Below are positions 20,927-29,875 of a DNA stretch of 64,000 nt, piece after piece; within the stretch, counting starts at the first letter, position 1, and each line of letters starts with the position of its first letter. The notes beneath the pieces were generated by a model. That model was given only the letters and a program-made list of their open reading frames with translations. It made no database searches and had not been told where the DNA came from. The position numbers were made by a program, and so were the translations under genes. Source of the DNA: Promethearchaeota archaeon (GTDB taxonomy: Archaea > Asgardarchaeota > Lokiarchaeia > Sigyniarchaeales > SOKP01); assembly GCA_048939995.1 (NCBI GenBank), contig JBHLOY010000006.1, positions 149,622 to 213,621 of the forward strand, in the 5' to 3' direction.

Positions 20927-22210
20927 TTGTTAAATTTGAGTTATTCTGAGAACGAAATGATTAACAATTATTTAGAACAAGTACGAAAGAAATTACCTGA
21001 ATGGTTAAAGCCAAAAAAAGAGGAAGTTAGTGCGATATTAAATGACCTTAATATGCAAATCTTAGACGAAGCAAGAAAAATCGCAGGTGGAGAAGATCCA
21101 GACCCTGCTGATATCCAACAAGCATTAATTCAAATTGGATCTCCAGAAACTATTGCTAGGGTTTATAAGAAGCGTGGTACCCCTAAGTTATATATAACTG
21201 AAGAGCTTTTTGAATTTTATTTAAGAACAATGCTTTTCTTTTTTGTAATTGTAACATTCCTCAATGTTATAATTGGTATTTTTAGGTTGTTCTTTTCACC
21301 TTGGGAAGCCATAGGAGGGATGATTACAGGAACGTGGATTGGATGCTTAATCACAGCAATCGTAATAACTGGCGTATTCGTATTTTTTTCAATGCAAGGT
21401 TTTCTCCCCGAGGATTTTGGTGTGATTCCTTCTAGATTAGCACTAATTTTTCCATTTCATCTTACGCAACAAGAATTAGAAGAAACTAAGGAATACACAA
21501 AAGAAAGGCTCAAACAAGCAAAGGAAAGAGTTAAAGAAGTAATTGCTGAATCTCAAGCAAGGGTTGAAGATAAATTGACCGAAGTTAAAGCATTACGGGA
21601 AGAAAGACTAGCTGCAGCTGAATTAAGACGAGAACAAAGATTATTAGAAGCAAGAATACGCAGAGAAGAAAAATTGGAAAGAAGTAGACGCCTTCGAGAA
21701 GAAAAGAAAGCAGTTGCTGAACAAAAGCGAAAAATGAAAAAGATGCAACCCGTCTCTTTAGGTGAACTTATTTTCGGAGCTATTGCAGGAATCATTTTTG
21801 GTTTATTTTTGATAATTCAGCCATTTGCTGGAATTAGTGGATTTTTACCTCAATTTTTAGATTGGCTTACGGTCTTTGGTCTTTTAATATTCGTAAGTGG
21901 TTTATTTGACCTTGTTAGATTGATTGCTGGTGTTAGAAATTATACTTCCCAACAAGTGTTACTTGGGATAAAAACATGCTATGATGCGGTATATATACCT
22001 CTGTTTTTATTTCTAATTGACAAACCTGGAATTTTCCCTATTTCATTCTTTTCAGGGGGTACAATTTCATCAATTCCTTTAGATACCTCTATCCCAGCTT
22101 ACATAATTTACTTTTGGGTAATAATAGTTATCGTTTTGGTGATAATTGCTGGGATGATTGTTAATTTCTATAAAATCTATAAAATTCAAAAGATAAAAAA
22201 AGCTTATTAA
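20927..22210 (+). CDS. HAAS-type membrane protein with inserted charged helical segment
   Basis: N-terminal YLEQVRKKLP...IGSPETIARVY signalling-domain pattern, several TM helices; paralog of the next gene. Confidence 0.75.
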   Translation: MLNLSYSENEMINNYLEQVRKKLPEWLKPKKEEVSAILNDLNMQILDEARKIAGGEDPDPADIQQALIQIGSPETIARVYKKRGTPKLYITEELFEFYLRTMLFFFVIVTFLNVIIGIFRLFFSPWEAIGGMITGTWIGCLITAIVITGVFVFFSMQGFLPEDFGVIPSRLALIFPFHLTQQELEETKEYTKERLKQAKERVKEVIAESQARVEDKLTEVKALREERLAAAELRREQRLLEARIRREEKLERSRRLREEKKAVAEQKRKMKKMQPVSLGELIFGAIAGIIFGLFLIIQPFAGISGFLPQFLDWLTVFGLLIFVSGLFDLVRLIAGVRNYTSQQVLLGIKTCYDAVYIPLFLFLIDKPGIFPISFFSGGTISSIPLDTSIPAYIIYFWVIIVIVLVIIAGMIVNFYKIYKIQKIKKAY

Positions 22211-22269
22211 ATTCTTTTTTCTTTATTTTTTAAATTTTAACTTAAAAGAAAGAAAAATAAAAAAAAAAA

Positions 22270-23262
22270 TTATTTATATTTTTGGAGTTTCCAAATTTTA
22301 TAAATCTCATCTATACTAGTTAATGCAATTATTACAACTAATACAATCATACCACTTCTATAAGCTACATGAAATTCTGGGGGGATTCCAACGTGAATCC
22401 ATGGAGTACTGAACCATGGAAAGATATCAGGACGATTCAATAAAATGATTAAGAAAGGTATAACTCCAAATTTGAGGATTATTTTGATTAGATGTATAAT
22501 TTGATGTGTTAAGGGTTGCCGATTTCCTATAATACCTCTAGTAATATCAAAAGAGCTTGCTATGATCATGAAGATTCCAAAAATACGAAGTAATAATAGA
22601 AATTCAGCAATGAAAAGACCCGCAGGAAATGGCTGGAATATAAATAAAACTCCAACTACTAATCCAATACCACCTCCAATGATCTCACCAACAGGCTTTA
22701 TAAAGGGTTTTGGTGGTAAGCCCATTTCAACTCTTAGTGCTTTCTTATCAAGCTCTTTTTTCGATTTAAAATCTTCTGGGAAATATCCCTCCATTGATAA
22801 TGCTACAAATATAATTGATACAATAGCAAATGCTACAAATAATCCACTTTGTACACCTCCGATCAAGCCTCCTAATAGTTCTCCTAGATCTGTCGTCGTT
22901 CCGGATACAATATTAAGGATTAAGCCGATTACATTAAGTATTATTATGATTGCAAATACTATCACTAATACATTTAAATAAAGTGGCCACAGTTCTTTTG
23001 TAATATAGACTTTAGGAGTGCCTCTTCTTTTATATTCTCTCGCTATGCTTTTTGGAGTCCCCATATGAGCTATAGCCATTCGAATAGACTCTTCATTTGC
23101 TTGCCCCGAATCTGACAGTTCATTCGCTTTTTCCCATATATGTGTTTCAAGCTCAGCTAAAATTTCTTTATGTTCTTTTTTATCTTTTAGCCAATCTGGG
23201 AGCGCTTTCTTAACTTCTTTTATATATTCATTTACTAAAGATTCCAAATTTTTTTCATTCAT
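22270..23262 (-). CDS. HAAS-type membrane protein (PadR partner)
   Basis: YIKEVKKALP...MGTPKSIAREY; overlaps the PadR stop (ATGA coupling). Confidence 0.8.
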   Translation of the reverse strand: MNEKNLESLVNEYIKEVKKALPDWLKDKKEHKEILAELETHIWEKANELSDSGQANEESIRMAIAHMGTPKSIAREYKRRGTPKVYITKELWPLYLNVLVIVFAIIIILNVIGLILNIVSGTTTDLGELLGGLIGGVQSGLFVAFAIVSIIFVALSMEGYFPEDFKSKKELDKKALRVEMGLPPKPFIKPVGEIIGGGIGLVVGVLFIFQPFPAGLFIAEFLLLLRIFGIFMIIASSFDITRGIIGNRQPLTHQIIHLIKIILKFGVIPFLIILLNRPDIFPWFSTPWIHVGIPPEFHVAYRSGMIVLVVIIALTSIDEIYKIWKLQKYK

Positions 23263-23822
23263 TTTTTAAATCCTCTTTCTTTTACTTCATTTTCAATATT
23301 GTGACCACATACATCACAATATCTTAACTCTAAAGTTGTAAGATCGATTTTATTAGCACAATTTGGACAGTATAAATATCGTTCTCGTTTTAAGTTTACG
23401 TTTACATCAAATAAGGGTGCTATTGCTTCAGTTAGTTTGGAAAAAAATCCTGATAAGTAATTATATACTTTAATTCCATTGGCTGTGATAAAGTAAAACT
23501 TCCGTTTTCGCCCCGTTTTTTCTCTTTCAGACCTTATTATCCCATCATCTTCTAATTTCCTTAATATTGGGTATAATGTACCCTCTTCAATTATCAAAAT
23601 TTCTTTAGTCTGATCTTGCAAATCTTTTGATATTTGATAACCATGTACCCCTTCATTTTCATAGCGATTAATAATGGATAATATACATAACCCAGAAATA
23701 CCTCTGTTAATCTCAGATTCAAATTTTGATGCATAATCAAGAAACTCTGGATCAAATCCCTTAATTCGTTTAATCATTCTTTCAACCTTTAATTTTTTCA
23801 TTTTCTTATAGTATTCATTCAA
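23259..23822 (-). CDS. PadR family transcriptional regulator with C-terminal zinc ribbon
   Basis: HGYQI, EGTLYPILRKLE, RKRKFYFIT; CPNC...CDVC. Confidence 0.9.
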   Translation of the reverse strand: MNEYYKKMKKLKVERMIKRIKGFDPEFLDYASKFESEINRGISGLCILSIINRYENEGVHGYQISKDLQDQTKEILIIEEGTLYPILRKLEDDGIIRSEREKTGRKRKFYFITANGIKVYNYLSGFFSKLTEAIAPLFDVNVNLKRERYLYCPNCANKIDLTTLELRYCDVCGHNIENEVKERGFKK

Positions 23823-23942
23823 TACTATGCTATATATAATATTGGATTAATAATATTTAAAGCTTTGGATTGTAAATTAAACTCCCAAATTACCATTTCT
23901 AACACAAAATTAAATTAATTATTATCATTTTTTTAAAATAGA

Positions 23943-24776
23943 ATGGAATTATCAGATGATTTGCAATCCAAAATTAAAAATCTTATCTCATATTTAAATA
24001 ATAAAAAAGTGATTGTTGCCTTCTCAGGAGGAGTTGATAGTAGTCTACTTGCATTTCTTTCGAAAAAATATGCTAAGGATACACTTCTTATAACTGAAAA
24101 ATCAATTCTCTATCCTGATGAAGAAATTCAAGAAGCAAGTGAATTTGCAAAAACTTATCATATCTCTCACATCATTATTGAAAGGAACCCGCTTGAGAAC
24201 GATAATTTTAAGAAGAATCCCCATAATCGATGTTATATCTGTAAAACAGGCTTATATAAAGATATAATTAAAATTAAAGATGAAAAGAATTTTGATATTG
24301 TTCTTGATGGTTCAAATCAAGATGATCTCTCCGATTATAGACCAGGAATGCAAGCTTTAAAAGAATTAGGTATTAGTACCCCATATATTGATTTTAAACT
24401 AACAAAACAAGATATAAGAAATATTGCTGAACTCTATAAATTAGAAGTTAAAGCAAAACCTTCTATGGCATGTTATTCATCACGTATTCCTTACAATCAG
24501 CCAATTGATGAAAATAAACTATCTATGATAAGAGAAGCTGAAAATTTCTTAAAAAGTAATTTTAATCTAAAACAATTACGAGTTAGATATCATGATGAAA
24601 GACTAGCGAGAATTGAGCTTTTACAAGAGGATTTAATACAAATTTTAAATAAAGACAACATAGCAAAAATTAAAACTAAATTGAAAGAGTTAGGCTTTTG
24701 TTATATTACGATTGATTTAGAAGGGTTTCGATCCGGTTCATTAAATGAAATTTTATCTTTTACCAATAGAAACTAA
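23943..24776 (+). CDS. larE: LarE-family ATP-dependent sulfur transferase (PP-loop)
   Basis: AFSGGVDSS, RCYICK, DYRPG, PSMACYSSRIPY, DLEGFRSGS. Confidence 0.85.
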   Translation: MELSDDLQSKIKNLISYLNNKKVIVAFSGGVDSSLLAFLSKKYAKDTLLITEKSILYPDEEIQEASEFAKTYHISHIIIERNPLENDNFKKNPHNRCYICKTGLYKDIIKIKDEKNFDIVLDGSNQDDLSDYRPGMQALKELGISTPYIDFKLTKQDIRNIAELYKLEVKAKPSMACYSSRIPYNQPIDENKLSMIREAENFLKSNFNLKQLRVRYHDERLARIELLQEDLIQILNKDNIAKIKTKLKELGFCYITIDLEGFRSGSLNEILSFTNRN

Positions 24777-24885
24777 TTCAATTAATATTACTCTTGGTCC
24801 CAGTATTAGATTCTAAATACATTTTTGGTTTGACAGGCGTTGTAGTTTCAAATGAAAGATATTTCAAAGGAAAATATTACCTTTT

Positions 24886-26307
24886 TTATTCATTTTTTTT
24901 CAAATAATTAATAATTTTTTTACGTTTTTCTAACGATCTTAAAGCAGACGCTTCAATTTTTTTTTCCATTATATCCTTTCTTTCAGGGAGTTCCTCTCCA
25001 ACTTCTTGCTTAATCTTTGTGTAAGCTGATTCTCTAAATCTTGGCAATATTGTTTCTGCTTTCTTATCTTTATATATCATTTTTATTTGTTTTGAATCAT
25101 CCACATAACCAATTTCTGCGCATTTTACATTGATTTTTGATAAATCTGAAATTATTTCTTTTGTAATAGATTTAGAACAGTAAATTAGTAGAGCATCTAA
25201 TGAAACACCTAAATAATCAACTCCAACTCTTTCTAGTAAAGCCAAGACTGCTGGATTTACTAATTTTTTTACCTGCTCCTCATAAATTTTAACACCACAC
25301 CCTGCTTCATAATTGATTTCATATAGATCTCCTCTAAGTCCTCCATTTGTAATATCACACATTGCTCTAATTTCTTCTATATAATTCTTTGAAAGAATTT
25401 CTTTACACGCTTCAAGAAATTTAATATTCATCGTTTCGCTTATGATTTCATGATTTCCTGAATATATTGCTGTTGTTGTAATTGTTCCACCCCCTGCCCC
25501 TTCTGTCATCAAAATTTTATCCCCTACTTGAATATTCCGTCTAGCTAAAAGATTATCTTTTAAAATACCTACAGCGCTTACTCCACCAACTAAACGATCT
25601 CCAATCACCATATCTCCTCCGATTCTTAAAGTAGATCCCGCAGTAATGGGTACACTTACTAACTCTGATATAGTTGATATACCAGCCATAAAATCAAAAA
25701 GTTTACCCACATCAGCGTCATCTCCTAGGTGAACATCGACCATAATGGATATTGGTGTTGCACCTTTAACGTATAGATCTCGTAGTGCAGCTCTCGATAC
25801 GCTTCATGTAAACCCATTACATGAAATTACGTGAAAACCACACACAAATGGAAAGTCGCTCAGCCGACTATGGATGCCTTCCATTTTAGATACTATTATA
25901 AGTTCATTTTCAGCTTCAAATCCTTCAATATCAGAAAGTCTTACTGCACCAGCATCATCTAACGAGCTTGGTGATAAAAATGATTTATAATCGGTTTCTG
26001 ACAATTCTGTTACCAACTTATGAACAAAAAAATCCCCTGCTCCTCGGCAACCGACACCCTGCTTACCGATTGTTACACCTGAATTATGAATCTCTAATAA
26101 TTCTCTTACAAATCTATTGGATACATATTTTAAATCACTTTTCTTACACTCTTCTAAGATCGTTTTTGCATATTTCTGGGCAGATTGTAAATCAATATCT
26201 TTAAAATCAAGATATTCTTTGACCAATCTTTTTATAATAACTTCCTCAGAATTTCCTTTTTTCATTAAATTTCTTGTTAAACCTTCTAGATCACTCAAAT
26301 TTTTCAC
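24886..26307 (-). CDS. AIR-synthase (PurM/HypE/SelD superfamily)-related protein, two exons (26307-25827 and 25796-24886), 463 aa after splicing
   Basis: ORFs 25804..26307 and 24886..25743 are in the same frame and are two halves of one PurM-like protein (GVGCRGAGDF, DDAG, GIHSRLSDFPF, RAALRD, DITNGGLRGD); a single TGA inside a 30-nt insert separates them. Confidence 0.85.
25797..25826 (-). other. Putative 30-nt bulge-helix-bulge (tRNA-type) intron in mRNA
   Basis: mRNA reads GUGUGGUUUUC-ACGU-AA^U-UUCAUGUAA-UGGGU-UUACAUGAA-GCGU-AU^C-GAGAGCUGCAC: 11-bp outer helix, 4-bp central helix, two 3-nt bulges, 9-bp inner helix. Confidence 0.8.
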
Positions 26308-26389
26308 TCTTATTGAAAAAGTTCATTATCAAAAAATCTTGATATAATAATAATGTTATAAGTACTCAAAAATCAAAAACTCTTCGATA

Positions 26390-26754
26390 TTAATTTAGAG
26401 CCTTCTTAATATTATTAAAAAGATTTTCTAGTGTAAATGGCTTACTTTTAAAGCTAGTTACTCAATAGAAAGAATTGCCTCCTTAATTGTTTGGTCTGTA
26501 CTAGCAAATCTAACTTTCGGTTTAACCTTAATTGAATTATTAAAAATTTCCTTAGTTGCTTCAATTCCATTTTTACTTAACATTCAGTGATCCATAATAA
26601 TTCTGTCTGGCTTTTCTGAAAAATTCTTATATATACGAACTGCTTCTTCTCCATTCTTGGCTAATCCAATTACTTCATATCTCCCTAAACTTAATGCTTT
26701 CTCATAAAGAAGTCTCAACAACAAGTCATTCTTTACAATAAACACTCTTGCGAT
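26390..26754 (-). pseudogene. Degraded CheY-like single-domain response regulator
   Basis: Manual translation ARVFIVKND...AKNGEEAV...KPDRIIMDH*MLSKNGIEATKEI...KPFTLENL; in-frame TGA at 26584-26586, a frameshift near 26460, no ATG start. Confidence 0.8.
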
Positions 26755-26969
26755 ATTTAAAAACCCTTAATTCTCGAACCTATATTGTTTTGACAACTAT
26801 ATTAGAAGGCAATCAACCTAAACATTACAAATAATGTTACAAGCTTACTTATTTTATAATTATTTGTTTAGTTTAAATGCAAGAGATAAATCTTACTTCG
26901 AATATTTATATTATATTTAAATTATTTTGAAAATTCTACTTAATAGCTTTTAATTCGAAATAATTAGAA

Positions 26970-27983
26970 ATGAAAATTAGAATTACGGCTCCATGTAGGA
27001 TTCATCTTTCATTAATAGATGAGAATGGATATACTGGTAGGGTAGATGGGGGTATCGGATTAATGTTAGACCGGCCTAATGTTATCTTTGAGGCGTCTAA
27101 TAATGCTAAGGAATTCAAAATTGAAGCTCACAAATATTATCGTGAGTCTATTGAGGTTATAAATGAGAAAGCTTCGAAGGTTTTCAAAGTATTTAATATT
27201 AGTAATAAAAATTTTCATTTTCACCTTAAAAGATATTATCCAAGTCATGTAGGCCTGGGCTCAAAAACTCAACTATCCTTAGCAATTGCTAGTGCTATTA
27301 TCCTTCTAAAGAAGATTAATAATGTTAAACTAAAGGACTTGACTAAAATTGTAGAACGAGGGGGAACTTCCGGAATTGGATGGCGAGGTTTTGAAAAAGG
27401 AGGCTTTATCTTAGATGCAGGTCACGATTTTGGTGAAGGAAAAGAAAAAGAAACTTTTTTACCTTCTTCTGCTTCAAAAAATGCAGAACCTGCTCTTACT
27501 CTTTTTAGGCATGATATTCCATCAAATTGGAGATTTATTCTAGTGATACCAAGCGTAGGAAAGGGAGCATATGGAGATGATGAAATTGGCATTTTTCAAA
27601 ATTATGCTCCTATACCAAAAGAAGAAGTTAATGAAGTTTCTCACCAGATTTTAATGAAAGTTATACCTGGTATAATAAAGCGAGATTTAAAGTGTTTTGG
27701 GGAGGGTATAAAAAGGATACAAAACATAGGGTTTAAGAAAATTGAAATAAGCCTTCAACATGATATTGTAAAAGATCTTTTGAATTATTTTGAAAATTAT
27801 GGCTTAAAAGCTTATGGAATGTCATCCTTTGGACCTAGTGTTATTGGAATAACTGAATCTGAGTCTGAAGCTAATCTATTATTAAAAGAAGTTCAGATTT
27901 ATCTAAAGGATATTGGAGGTCATATCTATATCTGTAAACCCAATAATTGTGGAGCGAAAATTGAATTTTTAAGTGATGATTAA
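26970..27983 (+). CDS. mptG: Beta-ribofuranosylaminobenzene 5'-phosphate (RFAP) synthase, GHMP family
   Basis: RIHLSLID, GRVDGGIG, HVGLGSKTQ, RGGTSGIG, GMSSFGP. Confidence 0.85.
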   Translation: MKIRITAPCRIHLSLIDENGYTGRVDGGIGLMLDRPNVIFEASNNAKEFKIEAHKYYRESIEVINEKASKVFKVFNISNKNFHFHLKRYYPSHVGLGSKTQLSLAIASAIILLKKINNVKLKDLTKIVERGGTSGIGWRGFEKGGFILDAGHDFGEGKEKETFLPSSASKNAEPALTLFRHDIPSNWRFILVIPSVGKGAYGDDEIGIFQNYAPIPKEEVNEVSHQILMKVIPGIIKRDLKCFGEGIKRIQNIGFKKIEISLQHDIVKDLLNYFENYGLKAYGMSSFGPSVIGITESESEANLLLKEVQIYLKDIGGHIYICKPNNCGAKIEFLSDD

Positions 27984-28369
27984 TGTCGAAAAATAATTTT
28001 AATGAATTTTTTCCTTCAGATCTTTCTGAAAGAGAAAGAGCTTGCTTCGAAATAGGTATAAAGCTTGGAGCACTCTATCATATTTTATGTGGAATTCCTA
28101 TATCTTCAAATAAAGATATTATCGCCTCTATTGAAAGAGGGATAGAAGCTTCTATCTCTTGTCAACCTTATGCTAAAAAAGTTAAAATAAATCTTGATAG
28201 AAGTAAAATTATTGGAGATAAATCAACTGAATTTGCTTATGATGAAATATCTGGTAAAGTAATTGAAGCTGAAGTTGAGCTTCAATATGAAGCAGTAAAT
28301 ATAATAGCAAAAGTTGAATGGATTGAAGATTTAAAATATCCTCTTATGTATATTGAAAAAATAAGTTAA
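27983..28369 (+). CDS. mptD: Archaeal dihydroneopterin aldolase (MptD-type)
   Basis: ERACFEIGIKLGALYH, SISCQPY, LKYPLMYI; coupled to RFAP synthase. Confidence 0.8.
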   Translation: MSKNNFNEFFPSDLSERERACFEIGIKLGALYHILCGIPISSNKDIIASIERGIEASISCQPYAKKVKINLDRSKIIGDKSTEFAYDEISGKVIEAEVELQYEAVNIIAKVEWIEDLKYPLMYIEKIS

Positions 28370-28374
28370 AGAAT

Positions 28375-29079
28375 TTATCTTAGATTTTGGATATAATTCT
28401 CTATAAGTTCCACACTTTTAAGAGCATCCTGATTTTTACCAAATCTTTTTATGGTTTTGATAGTTTCTTCAATCCTCTTCTGGTACTTAGTTATTAAAAA
28501 CTCTTTTTTCGTTTCAAAAGCAGTTTTCAATCTTGTGGTAAGAATAATCGTTTCTAAAGTCAAATTCTCGGCTCTATTAAAGAATTTGTATGATTCTTTT
28601 AATTTGTAGCTTACAAGTCTTCTTAGCATAAATTCTGATAATTTAACTTCTCCAAATTCATCTTTTTTTATAAAATGCAATTCATTAATTAACTCACAAA
28701 CTATTATTAGCCATGCTTGTTTAATAAAGGGAAATTTTCTCGTATAAGGTTTATTTTCTCTCTTTAAATTATAGTAGTCATAATATTTATTCGGAAAAAT
28801 TCTAAGCTCTTCAGAAAGAAAATATCCCTTTAATGCAGCTAATGCGTATAAATAGACATTCTCCACAAAGTTAATACAAATAAGACCAGTTTCTTTTAAA
28901 TTCTTGTAAGTAGTCGTATTAGGATACGGAATTATACTTATGGTCTCCTTATCTTTTATCCTAATTCCCATACATGATGTATTAGGTATTATTTCCTCTT
29001 TATTTTTAGAGAAGGTTGTAGCTAAAGTCTCATATAAATATCCTTCTTTAATACCATATTCTAGAAAGTTTGTTGTCAT
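28375..29079 (-). CDS. DUF447 family protein (split-barrel; pterin-cluster associated)
   Basis: YETLATT...PNTSCMGI...TTYKNL, FNRAENLTLE. Confidence 0.7.
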   Translation of the reverse strand: MTTNFLEYGIKEGYLYETLATTFSKNKEEIIPNTSCMGIRIKDKETISIIPYPNTTTYKNLKETGLICINFVENVYLYALAALKGYFLSEELRIFPNKYYDYYNLKRENKPYTRKFPFIKQAWLIIVCELINELHFIKKDEFGEVKLSEFMLRRLVSYKLKESYKFFNRAENLTLETIILTTRLKTAFETKKEFLITKYQKRIEETIKTIKRFGKNQDALKSVELIENYIQNLR

Positions 29080-29154
29080 AAGATCCTAAAACTGGAATTG
29101 ATTTTATTCCTTCTCTAAAGTCTATAATCATTTAGAAATAAAATTTTGTATACT

Positions 29155-29691
29155 TTATTTAAGTCGTTGTTCGGATAATTTGAGATGATCGGTTTCTACT
29201 TCTACAAAGGCTTCAAAAATTTCTTTTATACGAGGATTTGAAGATTTTACTGCGGCTTCATTATAAAATTTTATAGCTCGCTCCTCCCTAGAATGCGATT
29301 CTTCTAAGTTTGGTGTATATTCAGAAGAACAAGCGTCATATTCGGGAAATTCAACCTTATCCAACCTTAAAATTTTCTTCCATACTGAGGCATGCTCATT
29401 TTCTACTTTTGATAAGATTTTAAATAGTTTTTGGCCTTCAAGATCTGGGGTCTTTTTACTTGCGCATTTATAGAAGATGGTGTTTGATATTTCAACTTCT
29501 AAAGCTTTTTCTGCATAAAGACGATCCTCTTCATTTAGATCTACATCCCAATCACCTTTATCATCATAATTCTCAGCCTTAACCATATATCTTTTATAAG
29601 CTCCACAGAAAGGACAACGGCTGGGGCTTTCCTTTCCAATATAGGCTTCTCCACAGATTTTACAAACAAAAATATTTATTACAGTAATCAT
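29155..29691 (-). CDS. Rubredoxin-ferritin-like (reverse rubrerythrin-type) protein
   Basis: N-terminal CKICG...CPFCG; ExxH diiron motifs ENEH and ETDH. Confidence 0.85.
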   Translation of the reverse strand: MITVINIFVCKICGEAYIGKESPSRCPFCGAYKRYMVKAENYDDKGDWDVDLNEEDRLYAEKALEVEISNTIFYKCASKKTPDLEGQKLFKILSKVENEHASVWKKILRLDKVEFPEYDACSSEYTPNLEESHSREERAIKFYNEAAVKSSNPRIKEIFEAFVEVETDHLKLSEQRLK

Positions 29692-29875
29692 TTACACCTC
29701 ACTTTTTTAAGGTTAATTAAATTCCATTTGATTTAAATTTTGAGAATAATTTCTTTTATATTTTTTAAAGGATTAACTTAGTACTATTAATTTATAGTTA
29801 TAAACTAGTAAATATAAAAAGAATTATTGTACTTTCATATATAGTTAATTTCAAAAATATCTGTTCTTTGATAGA

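Noticed and set aside
22205-22275. T-tract/A-tract between convergent genes as a hairpin element
   Set aside because: Consistent with ordinary bidirectional archaeal oligo-T terminators; not a distinct element
25804-25806. TGA as selenocysteine or read-through in the PurM-like gene
   Set aside because: Read-through would leave 10 extra residues in a conserved motif, I recognised no SECIS, and the exact BHB geometry explains the stop better. Not formally excluded.
25798-25831. Insert as a transposon footprint with CGTA target-site duplication (pseudogene)
   Set aside because: A CGTA direct repeat does flank the hairpin. However, it does not explain the G-U-rich exon-exon helix or the exact 3-4-3 geometry, and both exons are otherwise intact. 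This model predicts an ancestral V-S-R junction versus V-T-R for splicing, so it is testable. Disfavoured, not disproved.
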